Below are positions 8,755-18,094 of a stretch of DNA of 53,871 bases, piece by piece. A program made the position numbers and the translations under genes. Every line of letters starts with the position of its first letter. Positions within the stretch are counted from its first letter, which is position 1. The notes beneath the pieces were generated by a model, which saw only the letters and a list, made by a program, of their open reading frames with translations, did not search any database and was not told the origin of the DNA. The stretch comes from a virus (lineage: Duplodnaviria > Caudoviricetes). The stretch lies in the IMG/VR virus record IMGVR_UViG_3300043672_000021, positions 1 to 53,871 of that record, one strand, 5' to 3'.

Positions 8755-10243
8755 ACCGATCGCCGAGCCCGCGCTGGACGACACGGCCGAGGCGGACGCG
8801 GCCGACGCGGTGGTTGTGGCGTACGTCCACTCGAACAACATCACCTACAGCTGGCACCACTCGATGGTGGAGCTGATCGGCTGGGACATGGCCCGCCATG
8901 GCCGGGTGATCCGCGGCGGCTACCTGGCGATGCGCTACGGCACCGACGGGATCAGCCTGGCCCGCAACAAGGCCGCGCTCGACTTCCTGGCCGAGAAGAA
9001 CGCCGACTGGCTGTTCTGGGTCGACACCGACATGGGTTTCGGCCCGGACATCGTCGATCGGCTGATGGAGGCCGCCGACCCGGTGGACCGCCCGATCGTC
9101 GGTGCGCTCGCATTCTCCCAGCGCGAGGAGGTCGACGACGGGATGGGCGGCTGGCGCTGCCGGGCCACCCCCACGATCTTCGACTGGGTCAACACCGGAG
9201 ACCAGATGGGCTTCGGGATCCGCTTCGACTACCCGCCGAACACCCTGACTCAGGTCGGTGGCACCGGCTCGGCGTGCATCCTCATCCACCGCAGCGTCTT
9301 CGAGCGGATCGAGGAGAAGTACGGGCGGGCCTGGTATGACCGGGTGCCGAACACGTCCACCGGTCAGATCCTGTCCGAGGATCTGGCGTTCTGCCTGCGC
9401 GCAGGCACCCTCGGCATCCCGATCTACGTGCACACCGGCGTGAAGACCAGCCACCTCAAGCAACTGTGGCTGGCTGAGGACGACTACTACGGCCAGGTCG
9501 CCCTCACCCAACTGCAGCCCTCGGCGCCGCCGGCGACCGAGGCGACCGCGGTGATCGTGCCGGTGATGCGGCGTCCGCAGAACGCGGCCCCGTTCATGGA
9601 GTCGCTGCGGGCTTCGGGTGCACCACTGGCTGCGGTATACGCCATCTGCGACGGCGATGACCTCCAGACAGCCGACGCGTGGCTGGATGCGGGCGCGAAG
9701 GTCGTCTTCGGCGGCGAGGCCAGGACATTCGCACGCAAGGTGAACGTCGGGTACGCGAGGACCGCCGACCGCACCCAGAACCCCAAGGGCTGGTCGCACG
9801 GCCTGGACGGCGAGCCTGAGCCGTGGCTGTTCCTGGTCGGCGACGATGTCCGGTTCGCGCCGGGCTGGCTGGACCACGCGCAGCACGCCGCCCGCGACGG
9901 CGCGCACGTCATCGGCACCAACGACCTGCACAACCCGAGGGTGGTCGCCGGTGAGCACGCCACGCACTTGATGATCCGCCGCGCGTACGTCGATGAGCGG
10001 GGCGCCAGCTGGGACGGCCCGAAAGTCGTCTGCCATGAGGGCTATGGGCACTGGTTCGTCGATGACGAGCTGGTGACCGTCGCCAAACAGCGCGGCGTCT
10101 GGGCGATGGCCAAGGAGTCGAAGGTCGAGCACCTGCACCCGATGTGGGGCCTGGCCGAGGACGACGAGGTGTACCGGCTCGGGCAGAAGCACGCCGAGGC
10201 GGACCGGGCCCTGTTCGAGGCGAGGCGGGCCGAGCATGCATGA
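8747..10243 (+). CDS. Glycosyltransferase with two GT-A (GT2-like) domains
   Basis: Domain 1: ARN, LFWVDTDMG, LSEDLAFC; domain 2: AVIVPV, KVNVG, LVGDDV, WFVDDE, VEHLHP. Confidence 0.88.
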   Translation: MAEPIAEPALDDTAEADAADAVVVAYVHSNNITYSWHHSMVELIGWDMARHGRVIRGGYLAMRYGTDGISLARNKAALDFLAEKNADWLFWVDTDMGFGPDIVDRLMEAADPVDRPIVGALAFSQREEVDDGMGGWRCRATPTIFDWVNTGDQMGFGIRFDYPPNTLTQVGGTGSACILIHRSVFERIEEKYGRAWYDRVPNTSTGQILSEDLAFCLRAGTLGIPIYVHTGVKTSHLKQLWLAEDDYYGQVALTQLQPSAPPATEATAVIVPVMRRPQNAAPFMESLRASGAPLAAVYAICDGDDLQTADAWLDAGAKVVFGGEARTFARKVNVGYARTADRTQNPKGWSHGLDGEPEPWLFLVGDDVRFAPGWLDHAQHAARDGAHVIGTNDLHNPRVVAGEHATHLMIRRAYVDERGASWDGPKVVCHEGYGHWFVDDELVTVAKQRGVWAMAKESKVEHLHPMWGLAEDDEVYRLGQKHAEADRALFEARRAEHA

Positions 10244-10748
10244 CGCCGCGATGCAGTGGATCGCCAAGCACGCCACCACCGACCCGGTCACCGTCTTGGA
10301 TCTCGGCGGGCGCGACATCAACGGCAACCCCCGCCACCTCTGGCCGAACGCCACCACGTACACCTGCCTGGACATCCGCCCCGGCGAAGGGGTCGACATC
10401 GTGGCCGATGCCGCCGACTGGGACCCGGACGGCCGCCGCTGGGACGTCGTGGTCGCCGCGGAGATCTTCGAGCACACCGCGCGCTGGCCGGCGATCTGCC
10501 GGACCGCGCTGAAGGCCTGCGCGCCGGGCGGCCGGTTCATCGTGACCACCGCCGGCCCCGGCCGGCCCCCGCACTCCGCGGTCGACGGCCTGTTCCGGCT
10601 ACTGCCGGCCGAGCACTACGCGAACGTCCCGGCGGCAGAACTCGAGCGGGTCCTCATCGAGACCGGCTGGAGCTACGTGGTCGTGGATTCACAGCCATCC
10701 CCGGCCGACACCCGGGCAGTAGCAACCAAGGGAGATCAGCATGAGTAA
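10236..10748 (+). CDS. Class I SAM-dependent methyltransferase
   Basis: VLDLGG, LDI, VDIVADA, DVVVAAEIFEH, APGGRFIVT. Confidence 0.88.
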   Translation: MHDAAMQWIAKHATTDPVTVLDLGGRDINGNPRHLWPNATTYTCLDIRPGEGVDIVADAADWDPDGRRWDVVVAAEIFEHTARWPAICRTALKACAPGGRFIVTTAGPGRPPHSAVDGLFRLLPAEHYANVPAAELERVLIETGWSYVVVDSQPSPADTRAVATKGDQHE

Positions 10749-11211
10749 GGCAGGCTATTCGGCTCCGTCGGCCGCCGTGGTCGCACTGGCCGCGGCGACC
10801 GCGAAGTCCGTGATCGGCGTGGCCGCCCCGGCGCAGTTCGGGGTGGACCTGACCAAGTTCCGGATCGCGTTCGACGGGGCGACCTCGACGGCCGTCCCGG
10901 TCCAGATCGAGCTGTGCTACGCGACTTTCGCGACCAACGGCCCCGGCACCAACTCGACCACCATCACCCCGCAGCAGGTCTACGGCCGAGCGATCACCGC
11001 AGGCTTCACGGCGGCCAGCAACTGGACGACCGAGCCGACCGTGCTCACGGTCATCGATGCCTGGTCGCTGCCGGCGTTCAACGGCACGGTGGTGTTCGAT
11101 TACCCGTTCGCCACCAGCCCGGACAGCGCGGTGTCGAACGGGTTCGTGATCCGTTGTACCGCACCGGCAATCGTGAACTGCCGACCCAGTTTGTGGTTCG
11201 AGCGGGCTTAG
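10741..11211 (+). CDS. Putative virion structural protein (beta-rich)
   Basis: A/T/S-rich beta-strand composition; within structural operon. Confidence 0.65.
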   Translation: MSKAGYSAPSAAVVALAAATAKSVIGVAAPAQFGVDLTKFRIAFDGATSTAVPVQIELCYATFATNGPGTNSTTITPQQVYGRAITAGFTAASNWTTEPTVLTVIDAWSLPAFNGTVVFDYPFATSPDSAVSNGFVIRCTAPAIVNCRPSLWFERA

Positions 11212-11220
11212 GTCTGAGGC

Positions 11221-11604
11221 ATGGCCGACTCAGCGGTTGCGATCACCGCCGGCGCAGGCACGAACATCGACACCTTCGCGATCAGCGGAGGCGACCATCA
11301 GCAGGTCATCCGCAAGGCGAAAGCCACCGCCGAATCCGACCAGCAGTGGCCGATCTCGACGACCGCCTCAACCTCGCAGATCGCGGCCGACGCCAGCCGG
11401 GTTGGGGTGCTGATGGTCAACATGGGCTCCGGGCGGGTCTATCTCCGGTTCGACGCCACTGCGCCGACGGGCACCGTCTTCCACTGGTACCTGGAGGCCA
11501 GTGACCGCTGGGAACTGCCCGACTTCGCGGTCACCCTGGCGATTTCGGTACTCGGCCAGTTCGCCGGCGGGACGCTGAACTCATGGCTGGCGGTGAGCGC
11601 CTGA
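11221..11604 (+). CDS. Putative virion structural protein
   Basis: GAGG RBS; VAITAGAGTNIDT N-terminus, small beta-sandwich-like C-terminus. Confidence 0.65.
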   Translation: MADSAVAITAGAGTNIDTFAISGGDHQQVIRKAKATAESDQQWPISTTASTSQIAADASRVGVLMVNMGSGRVYLRFDATAPTGTVFHWYLEASDRWELPDFAVTLAISVLGQFAGGTLNSWLAVSA

Positions 11605-13385
11605 TGCCTCTCAGTCCACGCAAGGCCCCGCTGAAGGTCGACTTCTGGCGTGCGTTCGGGCACAGCTGGTTGCAGTATCAGACCGGGCCGTCCGGGGACC
11701 AGACCGGCCGCTACGACGCACTGTTCCGGTCGGCACTGGATGTTGAGTACAACTCGTGGAAGAACTTCGGCAGCAGTGGCGGCCGGATCGCCGGTCACGG
11801 TCGGGGCCCGATCGCGGGTGGTGGTGCGGGGTGGACGAAGGTCGCCCAGCGGCTACGCCCACCGACCGGGCGTACCGGGCCGTACGCCCCCGACGGCGGC
11901 GGCACCCTGTTCTGCTACGGCATCAACGACCTCGCCGCCTACGGTGGGCAGACCGCGAACGTCCGCACGGCGATCGTCCACGCCCACCGGGCGTGCATCT
12001 CCCGGGCCCGAGCCAGCCGCGAGTACCTCACCACAGATGCGGCGTTCGGGACGTGGGCGGCCGGATGGACGAACAACGGGTCCGGCGCGGACCTGGGTAT
12101 GGGCACGGTCGACCGGACCTGCGTCACGACCACCGCCGCCACGATCACGCTGACGCTTCCCGCCGACTACAAGGGCGAGACGGTAGCTTTCGCGTTCCTG
12201 CAGCGGCCCGACGCGACCGGCATCACGATCACCTGGTCCGGGACGGCTATGACCGGCAAGGCCAAGAATGGGGCGACGTTCAACACCGCTCAGGGCCTGA
12301 CCGCCGCGATGGGGACGCACGGGTGGATGGTTGAGCGGTTCACCGACCTGACGTCGGCGCAGGCCGGGCTGACGATCGTCGGGACCTGTACCGCCCGCGA
12401 CGGCGGCACCGGTCAGGGGTTTTTCGACGGGGCCTGGCTGGAGTCGCTCACCCCACCGCCGGTGATCGTGTGCAACATCGCGACACCGACGACCGCCGGG
12501 TATGCGGCACTGAACGCGTTCTTCACGACCTGGACGGGGCAGTCGAACGAGGCGGGCTGGGACGCCGACGTCGCCACCTACAACGGGCTGCTTGCGACCA
12601 TGATCCAAGAGTTCGACGGCATGGTCCAGCTAGCCGACGTGAACTCGCTGATCTCGAAGGACGCCACCGCCTACTCCGACGGCATCCATCCCAACGAGTA
12701 CGGCGCCGGGAAGCTCGTGGACGCGACGGTCGCAGCGCTGGAGCGGATGTCCCCGCCGGTCTCCGCCACCAGTTCATCGATCTGCTTCAACCCGCCCAGC
12801 CCCCGGGTCGCCGGTCGGCGCAAGCCGCGTGTCGTGAACAACTGGTACACGGCGGAGTTTCAGGCCGCGTCCGCGACCTACACGCCCGTGGCCGGGCACA
12901 TGTTCGCCATCCCGATCGAAATCACCGAACCCCGCGACCAATGGAACCAGTTCGCGATCGAGGTCACCACGGCCGGGTCGACCCAGTCGACGATCCGATG
13001 GGGCATCTACGAGGACGTCAACTACGACGGCTACCCGGCCGAGCTGCTGTCCGGGATGGACGTCAGCGTGGCCGGTGCGTTCTCCGTCGCGAACTCCACC
13101 GGGGTCAAGACGTCGGCCACCTTCACCACGATCTTCGTTCCGGACCCGGGGCTGTACTGGCTGTCCATCAAGATCGACACCGTCGGCACGTCGCAGATCC
13201 TGCGCGGGATGACCGGCTCGAACCATCTGATGCCCAACGTCACCACCACCGGCCTGCCGATCGCGGGCGGGTACATGGGCTGGCAACTCACCGGCCAGGC
13301 CACCGGTGTGATGCCGACGTCGTGGCCGACCGGTGGGGCGCTGGTGGCGACGGTGCCGTACCACGGGATGAAGAAGTCGAAGTAG
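11604..13385 (+). CDS. SGNH/GDSL hydrolase-containing virion-type protein
   Basis: Block I AFGHSW, block III YGINDL, block V DGIHPN, inserted beta-sandwich and C-terminal beta domain; TGATG overlap. Confidence 0.8.
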   Translation: MPLSPRKAPLKVDFWRAFGHSWLQYQTGPSGDQTGRYDALFRSALDVEYNSWKNFGSSGGRIAGHGRGPIAGGGAGWTKVAQRLRPPTGRTGPYAPDGGGTLFCYGINDLAAYGGQTANVRTAIVHAHRACISRARASREYLTTDAAFGTWAAGWTNNGSGADLGMGTVDRTCVTTTAATITLTLPADYKGETVAFAFLQRPDATGITITWSGTAMTGKAKNGATFNTAQGLTAAMGTHGWMVERFTDLTSAQAGLTIVGTCTARDGGTGQGFFDGAWLESLTPPPVIVCNIATPTTAGYAALNAFFTTWTGQSNEAGWDADVATYNGLLATMIQEFDGMVQLADVNSLISKDATAYSDGIHPNEYGAGKLVDATVAALERMSPPVSATSSSICFNPPSPRVAGRRKPRVVNNWYTAEFQAASATYTPVAGHMFAIPIEITEPRDQWNQFAIEVTTAGSTQSTIRWGIYEDVNYDGYPAELLSGMDVSVAGAFSVANSTGVKTSATFTTIFVPDPGLYWLSIKIDTVGTSQILRGMTGSNHLMPNVTTTGLPIAGGYMGWQLTGQATGVMPTSWPTGGALVATVPYHGMKKSK

Positions 13386-13409
13386 TGCAGGGCTGACGGG
13401 AGGCCGCCC

Positions 13410-15344
13410 GTGAGCCTGCTCCTGCTCCTGAAGTCGGCCGCCGCCAGCGCCGCCGCCAGCGCCGCGATCGTCGCGGACCCGGCCCGGCTCCAAGCGACGG
13501 GCCGCAGCATCGTCCTCACCCCGAGGGCAGCCCCGCCCGCCGCCGGGGTGCAGTACCGCTCCAGCTCGAACACCGGCAACGCCGTCGGTGCCGTCACCTC
13601 CCGGGCTCCGGCTGTCCCGGCCGGCGCGACCACCAACGACATCGTCCTGGTGTTCCTCGACCTCTGGGACGGCTCGGCCGACCCGACGGTCACCCCGCCG
13701 GCCGGGTTCACCCAGAAGTACAAGGTCAGCGCCGGGACCGGCGTCAAGTCGTACTGCTTCTGGAAACGGCTCACCGGCGCGGACGCGGGAACGTACTCGT
13801 TCACCTGGGGCGCCACCGGGATGTTCGCCACTGCGGACGCCATGTGCTTCTCCGGCTGCATCACCACCGGGGACCCGATCGGCTCGAACTTCAACACCGC
13901 CACGGCCAACAGTTCGACCTTCCCCAACACCACCGTCAGCCCGGCCTACATTCCCGGGCTGGCCTGGCATGGGTACAACGACACCGGCGGCACCCACACC
14001 CCACCGACCGGCTACACCGAAGCAGTCGACGTCGACTGCGCCACGGACGCCTACTTCCTGCCGGTCGCGGCCGGGCCGTACACGGCCACCGCGGCCACTG
14101 TCTCCACATCCTCGGACATCCTCGCCGGACTGGTGGCCCTGCAGCCCGACTCGGTGGCTGGACCGTCCCCGGTCACGACGCTGGTGTTCAACCCGCAGCG
14201 GCCACCGGCGCCGGGCCGATCGATCGTCGTAGGGCAGCTCACCGACACCCCGGTCGCGGCCGGGACCACCCCGACCGCCACCGTGGTGGTCGCCGACACC
14301 GGACGGACCCGCCTGCCCGGCGGTGCTGTCCGCATCCTCACCACCGCGGCCAGCCCGGCCGTGCCCGACGTCACCCCCGCCCCGGCGATCGTCCTCGCGC
14401 AACCCCGGACCCCGACAGCCGGCCGTGCGGTCCTGGACGGCAACCTGAGCGAGGCGTCCACCCCGATCGTCCCGATCGTCTCCGCACAGGCGCACCCTCC
14501 GGCATCTGGGCGGGCCCTGACCGCCACCGCGGCCGCCGAACCGCCACCACCACCGACCGACACCCCGACCGTCGCCCTGGTGGCCATCCAGTCCCGCGTC
14601 CCCTCGCCGGGCCGATCGATCATCACCTCGATCGAGGTGGATGCGCAGGCCGCCCCGGATGTGACGCCGGTCCCGCCGGTAGTCCAGGCCCGCCCGTTCA
14701 TCCCGACCCCGGGCGTCGCCACCGTCGTCCGGTCGCTGACCGACACGCCCATCGCGGTCGGCGACAGCCCCACCCGCCCCCTGGTGGCCGGCCAGCCCGG
14801 CCCACGCCCGGCCGGCGTGGCCATCGTCATCGGATCCCGCCTCGACGTGGCCGGCGCGCCGGACGTCACGCCGCAACCCGCTCTGGTGGAGACCGGCCAG
14901 CCGGCGCAACGGGTCAAGGCTGGTGCCGCCTTCACGGTGTCAGGGTTCGCCGATCAGGTGGGCCCGGTCCTTCCGGTCATCGTCACTCGCCGCCAGCGCC
15001 CGGAACCCGGCCGGACCCTGGTCCTGGCTGGTCGCCTGGATACCGGCCCGGTGGTCACCCCGACCACCACCCTGGTCCGGGTCATTCACCCAGGCCCGCA
15101 GCCCGGCCGCTCGCTCCTGCACCGCGCCCGCATCGAGGCACTGCTGATCGGCGCGCAGACCGGGCACGCCACGGCCGGAGCCGGCACCACCGTCCAAGCC
15201 ACCACCGGGCCCGGCATGCAGAACCCATTCGCCAATCCGGGCCTCGGCCTCGAAGGTCCGGCATCGAGTGCCGGCGCCGGCACCCAGTCCCCGGCCGCCA
15301 CATCCGGCGCCGGTACCGCCCCGACCGCGACAGGAGGTGCCTAG
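13410..15344 (+). CDS. Pro/Thr-rich repeat protein, putative head fibre or decoration
   Basis: GGAGG RBS; globular domain (about aa 47-245) then about 10 degenerate 29-35 aa repeats (P..PGR(S/A)hh). Confidence 0.75.
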   Translation: MSLLLLLKSAAASAAASAAIVADPARLQATGRSIVLTPRAAPPAAGVQYRSSSNTGNAVGAVTSRAPAVPAGATTNDIVLVFLDLWDGSADPTVTPPAGFTQKYKVSAGTGVKSYCFWKRLTGADAGTYSFTWGATGMFATADAMCFSGCITTGDPIGSNFNTATANSSTFPNTTVSPAYIPGLAWHGYNDTGGTHTPPTGYTEAVDVDCATDAYFLPVAAGPYTATAATVSTSSDILAGLVALQPDSVAGPSPVTTLVFNPQRPPAPGRSIVVGQLTDTPVAAGTTPTATVVVADTGRTRLPGGAVRILTTAASPAVPDVTPAPAIVLAQPRTPTAGRAVLDGNLSEASTPIVPIVSAQAHPPASGRALTATAAAEPPPPPTDTPTVALVAIQSRVPSPGRSIITSIEVDAQAAPDVTPVPPVVQARPFIPTPGVATVVRSLTDTPIAVGDSPTRPLVAGQPGPRPAGVAIVIGSRLDVAGAPDVTPQPALVETGQPAQRVKAGAAFTVSGFADQVGPVLPVIVTRRQRPEPGRTLVLAGRLDTGPVVTPTTTLVRVIHPGPQPGRSLLHRARIEALLIGAQTGHATAGAGTTVQATTGPGMQNPFANPGLGLEGPASSAGAGTQSPAATSGAGTAPTATGGA

Positions 15345-16180
15345 TGCCCGACCTCGGCGACACCCTGCCGTTCTCCAGCAAGCTCTACGACAAGCCGGTT
15401 GCCGACGGCGGCGTGCTGGTCAACGCGACCACGGCGGCGCTGACGATCACCCTCCCGGACGGCACTGCCGCTCCGGGCATCACGGTGACGAACCCGCCGA
15501 CCCCGACCGGGACCTACCAGTACGACTACGTGACCACGACCGCGCCGGGCCCATTCAAGGGCCGCTGGCTGTTCACGATGGCCACCGGCAAGACCACGGC
15601 GCACGTCGAGGAGTTCGACGTGCGCCCGGCTGACCCCGGGTACGTGATGAGCCTGGTGTCGCTGAAGGAACACCTGAACATCCCGGCCGCCAAGACCGAC
15701 GACGACGAGGAGTTGCGCGACTGGATGGAGTCGGTCACCCGGCTGATCGAGTCCAAGGCCGGTGAGGTGGCCCGCAAGTCGTACACCGAGCGGCACAACG
15801 GTGGTGGGTCGTTGTGGCTGCGGCACCCTCCGGTGATCTCGGTGACCTCGATCGAGCCATGGTTGAGCAGCGGGACCACGTACGCCGCGGCCGACGTGCG
15901 CGCGAGCGAGTCCGGCCGGGTCGAGCTGCTGAGTGGCCGAGCCTTCTCCGGCGGCCCGTTCGCCGTGACCTACGTGGCCGGGCGGGCGATCGTCCCGGCG
16001 AACATCCGCGACGCGGCGAAAATCATTCTTAAGCACCTCTGGGAATCTAAACGCGGCGCTTCGGCCCTGCCGCTACAAGCGGCCGATGAGATGTCCATCG
16101 TGCCCGGATTCGGTTTCGCAGTTCCGAACCGGGCCCTCGAATTGCTGGCGCCGGACCTGCTGGCGATGAACCTCGCCTGA
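15344..16180 (+). CDS. Head-tail connector (gp6-like) with N-terminal Ig-like domain
   Basis: AGGAGG RBS; SLVSLKEHLNI...DDEEL, VTYVAG, VPANIRDAA, VPNRALELL. Confidence 0.85.
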   Translation: MPDLGDTLPFSSKLYDKPVADGGVLVNATTAALTITLPDGTAAPGITVTNPPTPTGTYQYDYVTTTAPGPFKGRWLFTMATGKTTAHVEEFDVRPADPGYVMSLVSLKEHLNIPAAKTDDDEELRDWMESVTRLIESKAGEVARKSYTERHNGGGSLWLRHPPVISVTSIEPWLSSGTTYAAADVRASESGRVELLSGRAFSGGPFAVTYVAGRAIVPANIRDAAKIILKHLWESKRGASALPLQAADEMSIVPGFGFAVPNRALELLAPDLLAMNLA

Positions 16181-16632
16181 TGGCCACCAAACTCGCCGCC
16201 GTCGGCGACGCCCTGACCACCCTGTTCTCCGGCCTGCCCGCCCTGGCCGGCGTGGCGGTCTACAACGGGCCGGGCGTGTCAGCCGCCGCCGACCTGGACC
16301 TGGTGCTGGTCAACGACGACGGCGACCCGGACTCGGACGCGTCCAGCACCTTCGAGCAGGAGTGGGCGAACCTCGCCGCGACCTCCCGATACGAACGGGG
16401 GGTCGTGGTCTGTGGGGTCATCTCGCAGTCGGGCAGCACTGACCTGCATGACCGCCAGGACCGTGCGGCGGTCCTCCTGGACGCCTGCCAGACCGCCGTC
16501 CATGCGGACGTCACACTCGCCGGCCTGGTGCTGTCCGCGCAGGTGGTCTCCGGCAGCGCGCGACCGATCCAGAACAGTGCCGGCGCGGCCGTGGTGGCCC
16601 CGTTCGTCATCGCCTACCTCGCCCAAGTGTGA
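16180..16632 (+). CDS. Tail terminator / neck protein (putative)
   Basis: Size, synteny, V..DVTLAGLV motif. Confidence 0.65.
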   Translation: MATKLAAVGDALTTLFSGLPALAGVAVYNGPGVSAAADLDLVLVNDDGDPDSDASSTFEQEWANLAATSRYERGVVVCGVISQSGSTDLHDRQDRAAVLLDACQTAVHADVTLAGLVLSAQVVSGSARPIQNSAGAAVVAPFVIAYLAQV

Positions 16633-16651
16633 GTCTCAGAAAGGGAAATCC

Positions 16652-16972
16652 ATGGCACTGGTCTCACCGCAGGCCCCCAACATCACCGGGTCAGCAATCA
16701 CCTACGCGACCCCGACGACGTCGGAGACGTTCGTCCCCGGGGACAACATCTACTACCACGTGTTCACCGTCGGCACCGCGATCACCACCACGGTCGTCGT
16801 CCCCGGCTCGGTGTACGGGCAGGCTCGCCCGGACGTCGCGATCTCCATCGGCACGAACACGAACCGGATCATCGGCCCGCTGGTGGCCGACCTCGCGGAT
16901 CCGACGACCGGCCTGGTGACGATCACCCACTCGGTCACGACCGCGGTCACTGCTGCCGCGTTGCAGTGTTGA
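16652..16972 (+). CDS. Small structural protein
   Basis: GAAAGGG RBS; beta-rich, ADPTTGLVTIT. Confidence 0.7.
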   Translation: MALVSPQAPNITGSAITYATPTTSETFVPGDNIYYHVFTVGTAITTTVVVPGSVYGQARPDVAISIGTNTNRIIGPLVADLADPTTGLVTITHSVTTAVTAAALQC

Positions 16973-16982
16973 GGAGCTGACG

Positions 16983-17210
16983 ATGGCTGATCCCGGATGG
17001 GTGTACCTGGTACATCCGGAAACCGGTGGCGCAGGGCTGTTCCCGGACTCCCCGGACGTCATCAAGCAGTACGCCGCGCGCGGCTGGGAGCCGGGCGCCG
17101 AGCCCGCCGACGCAGACGCGCCCGACGTCCCCGAGTCCGAGCCGGCGGCACCGGCGAGCAAGCCCACCCGCACCGCCAAGGCCGCACCGGCCGCCGAGCA
17201 GAAGGAGTGA
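16983..17210 (+). CDS. Small hypothetical protein
   Basis: GAGGAG RBS; HPET...ARGW plus A/P/E tail. Confidence 0.7.
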   Translation: MADPGWVYLVHPETGGAGLFPDSPDVIKQYAARGWEPGAEPADADAPDVPESEPAAPASKPTRTAKAAPAAEQKE

Positions 17211-17213
17211 CCA

Positions 17214-17693
17214 GTGGCCGACTCACTGAGTGACGGCAGGACCCGCGTCTACAGCGTGGTCTCCATCGCCAACATCGCCGCGCCCACCGTGGCCGAACTG
17301 AACGCGGGGATCCAGCTGGAGGCCCTGATCACCGCCGACGGGCTGATGGGGTTCCAGCCGGACACCGCCGAGGTCGACACGTCCGCACTGAACTCGACGT
17401 TCAACACGAAGGGGCCCGGCCGGGCCGGGTTCTCGGGCACGGGGCTGCGGCTGAAGAAGCAGTCCGGCACCGACACCGTCTACAACACGCTGATCAACGG
17501 GTTCGCCACGAACATCGTGATCCGCCGGGACATCCCCTCGACCACGGCGTGGGCTGCGTCGCAGGCCGTGGAGGTCTACCCGGGCACGTTCGGTGAGGTG
17601 AAGAACCTGGACCCGGCACCGAACGAGCTGCACAAGTACGAGGCCCCGTTCTTCGTCTCGCCGCAGCCGAACCTGCGGGCCACGACTGCGTGA
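17214..17693 (+). CDS. Major tail (tube) protein
   Basis: AAGGAG RBS; IANIAAPTVAELNAG, VEVYP motifs of actinophage tail tubes. Confidence 0.85.
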   Translation: MADSLSDGRTRVYSVVSIANIAAPTVAELNAGIQLEALITADGLMGFQPDTAEVDTSALNSTFNTKGPGRAGFSGTGLRLKKQSGTDTVYNTLINGFATNIVIRRDIPSTTAWAASQAVEVYPGTFGEVKNLDPAPNELHKYEAPFFVSPQPNLRATTA

Positions 17694-18094
17694 TCTGGGA
17701 CGTCTTCGACCCTGAGCACCGGGCAGTCCTCGAGGCTGCCCGGGCCTGGGGTGTGCCCCCTTCGATTTTCATGGGTCGCGCGCGGACCTCGACGATCACG
17801 GACTGGGCCGGCGGCCATCACTTCACGCACGACGCGGAATGGACGGAGGAGGACCGGACCGCCGCAGTGGCGCTGGCCCGGTACGAGTCCGAGCTATGCG
17901 GCGGATGCAAGCACCCGCTCGCCGAGAGCACTGCCGCTGAGAACGAGGAGCGCTACGACGCCCGGGTCTCGGCCCGATGTCACTGCTGCACCGCCATCGA
18001 GGTCGCTCAGGAAGCCCTCCAGAAGCGTCCTCATCCGGGCGCGCTGATGCTGTCGGCCACCCTGCGCCCACCCGACCAGAGAGACCCCGAATGA
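17690..18094 (+). CDS. Tail-region protein with CxxC motifs (chaperone-associated?)
   Basis: ARAWGVPPSIF, WTEEDR, CGGC...CHCC; GTGA and ATGA overlaps. Confidence 0.7.
   Translation: MIWDVFDPEHRAVLEAARAWGVPPSIFMGRARTSTITDWAGGHHFTHDAEWTEEDRTAAVALARYESELCGGCKHPLAESTAAENEERYDARVSARCHCCTAIEVAQEALQKRPHPGALMLSATLRPPDQRDPE

Noticed and set aside
8657-14909. Long minus-strand ORFs (e.g. 8657-10549, 12774-14909)
   Set aside because: Antisense shadows of high-GC3 genes with no motifs or RBS; the same applies to 26485-28014, 33918-35675 and 46037-47275
13844-15343. 778-aa ORF as one protein
   Set aside because: The upstream part is an Arg/His-rich off-frame shadow; the real gene starts at GTG 15344 with an AGGAGG RBS. 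The same logic trims 22731, 25598, 26290, 36098, 46100 and 47155
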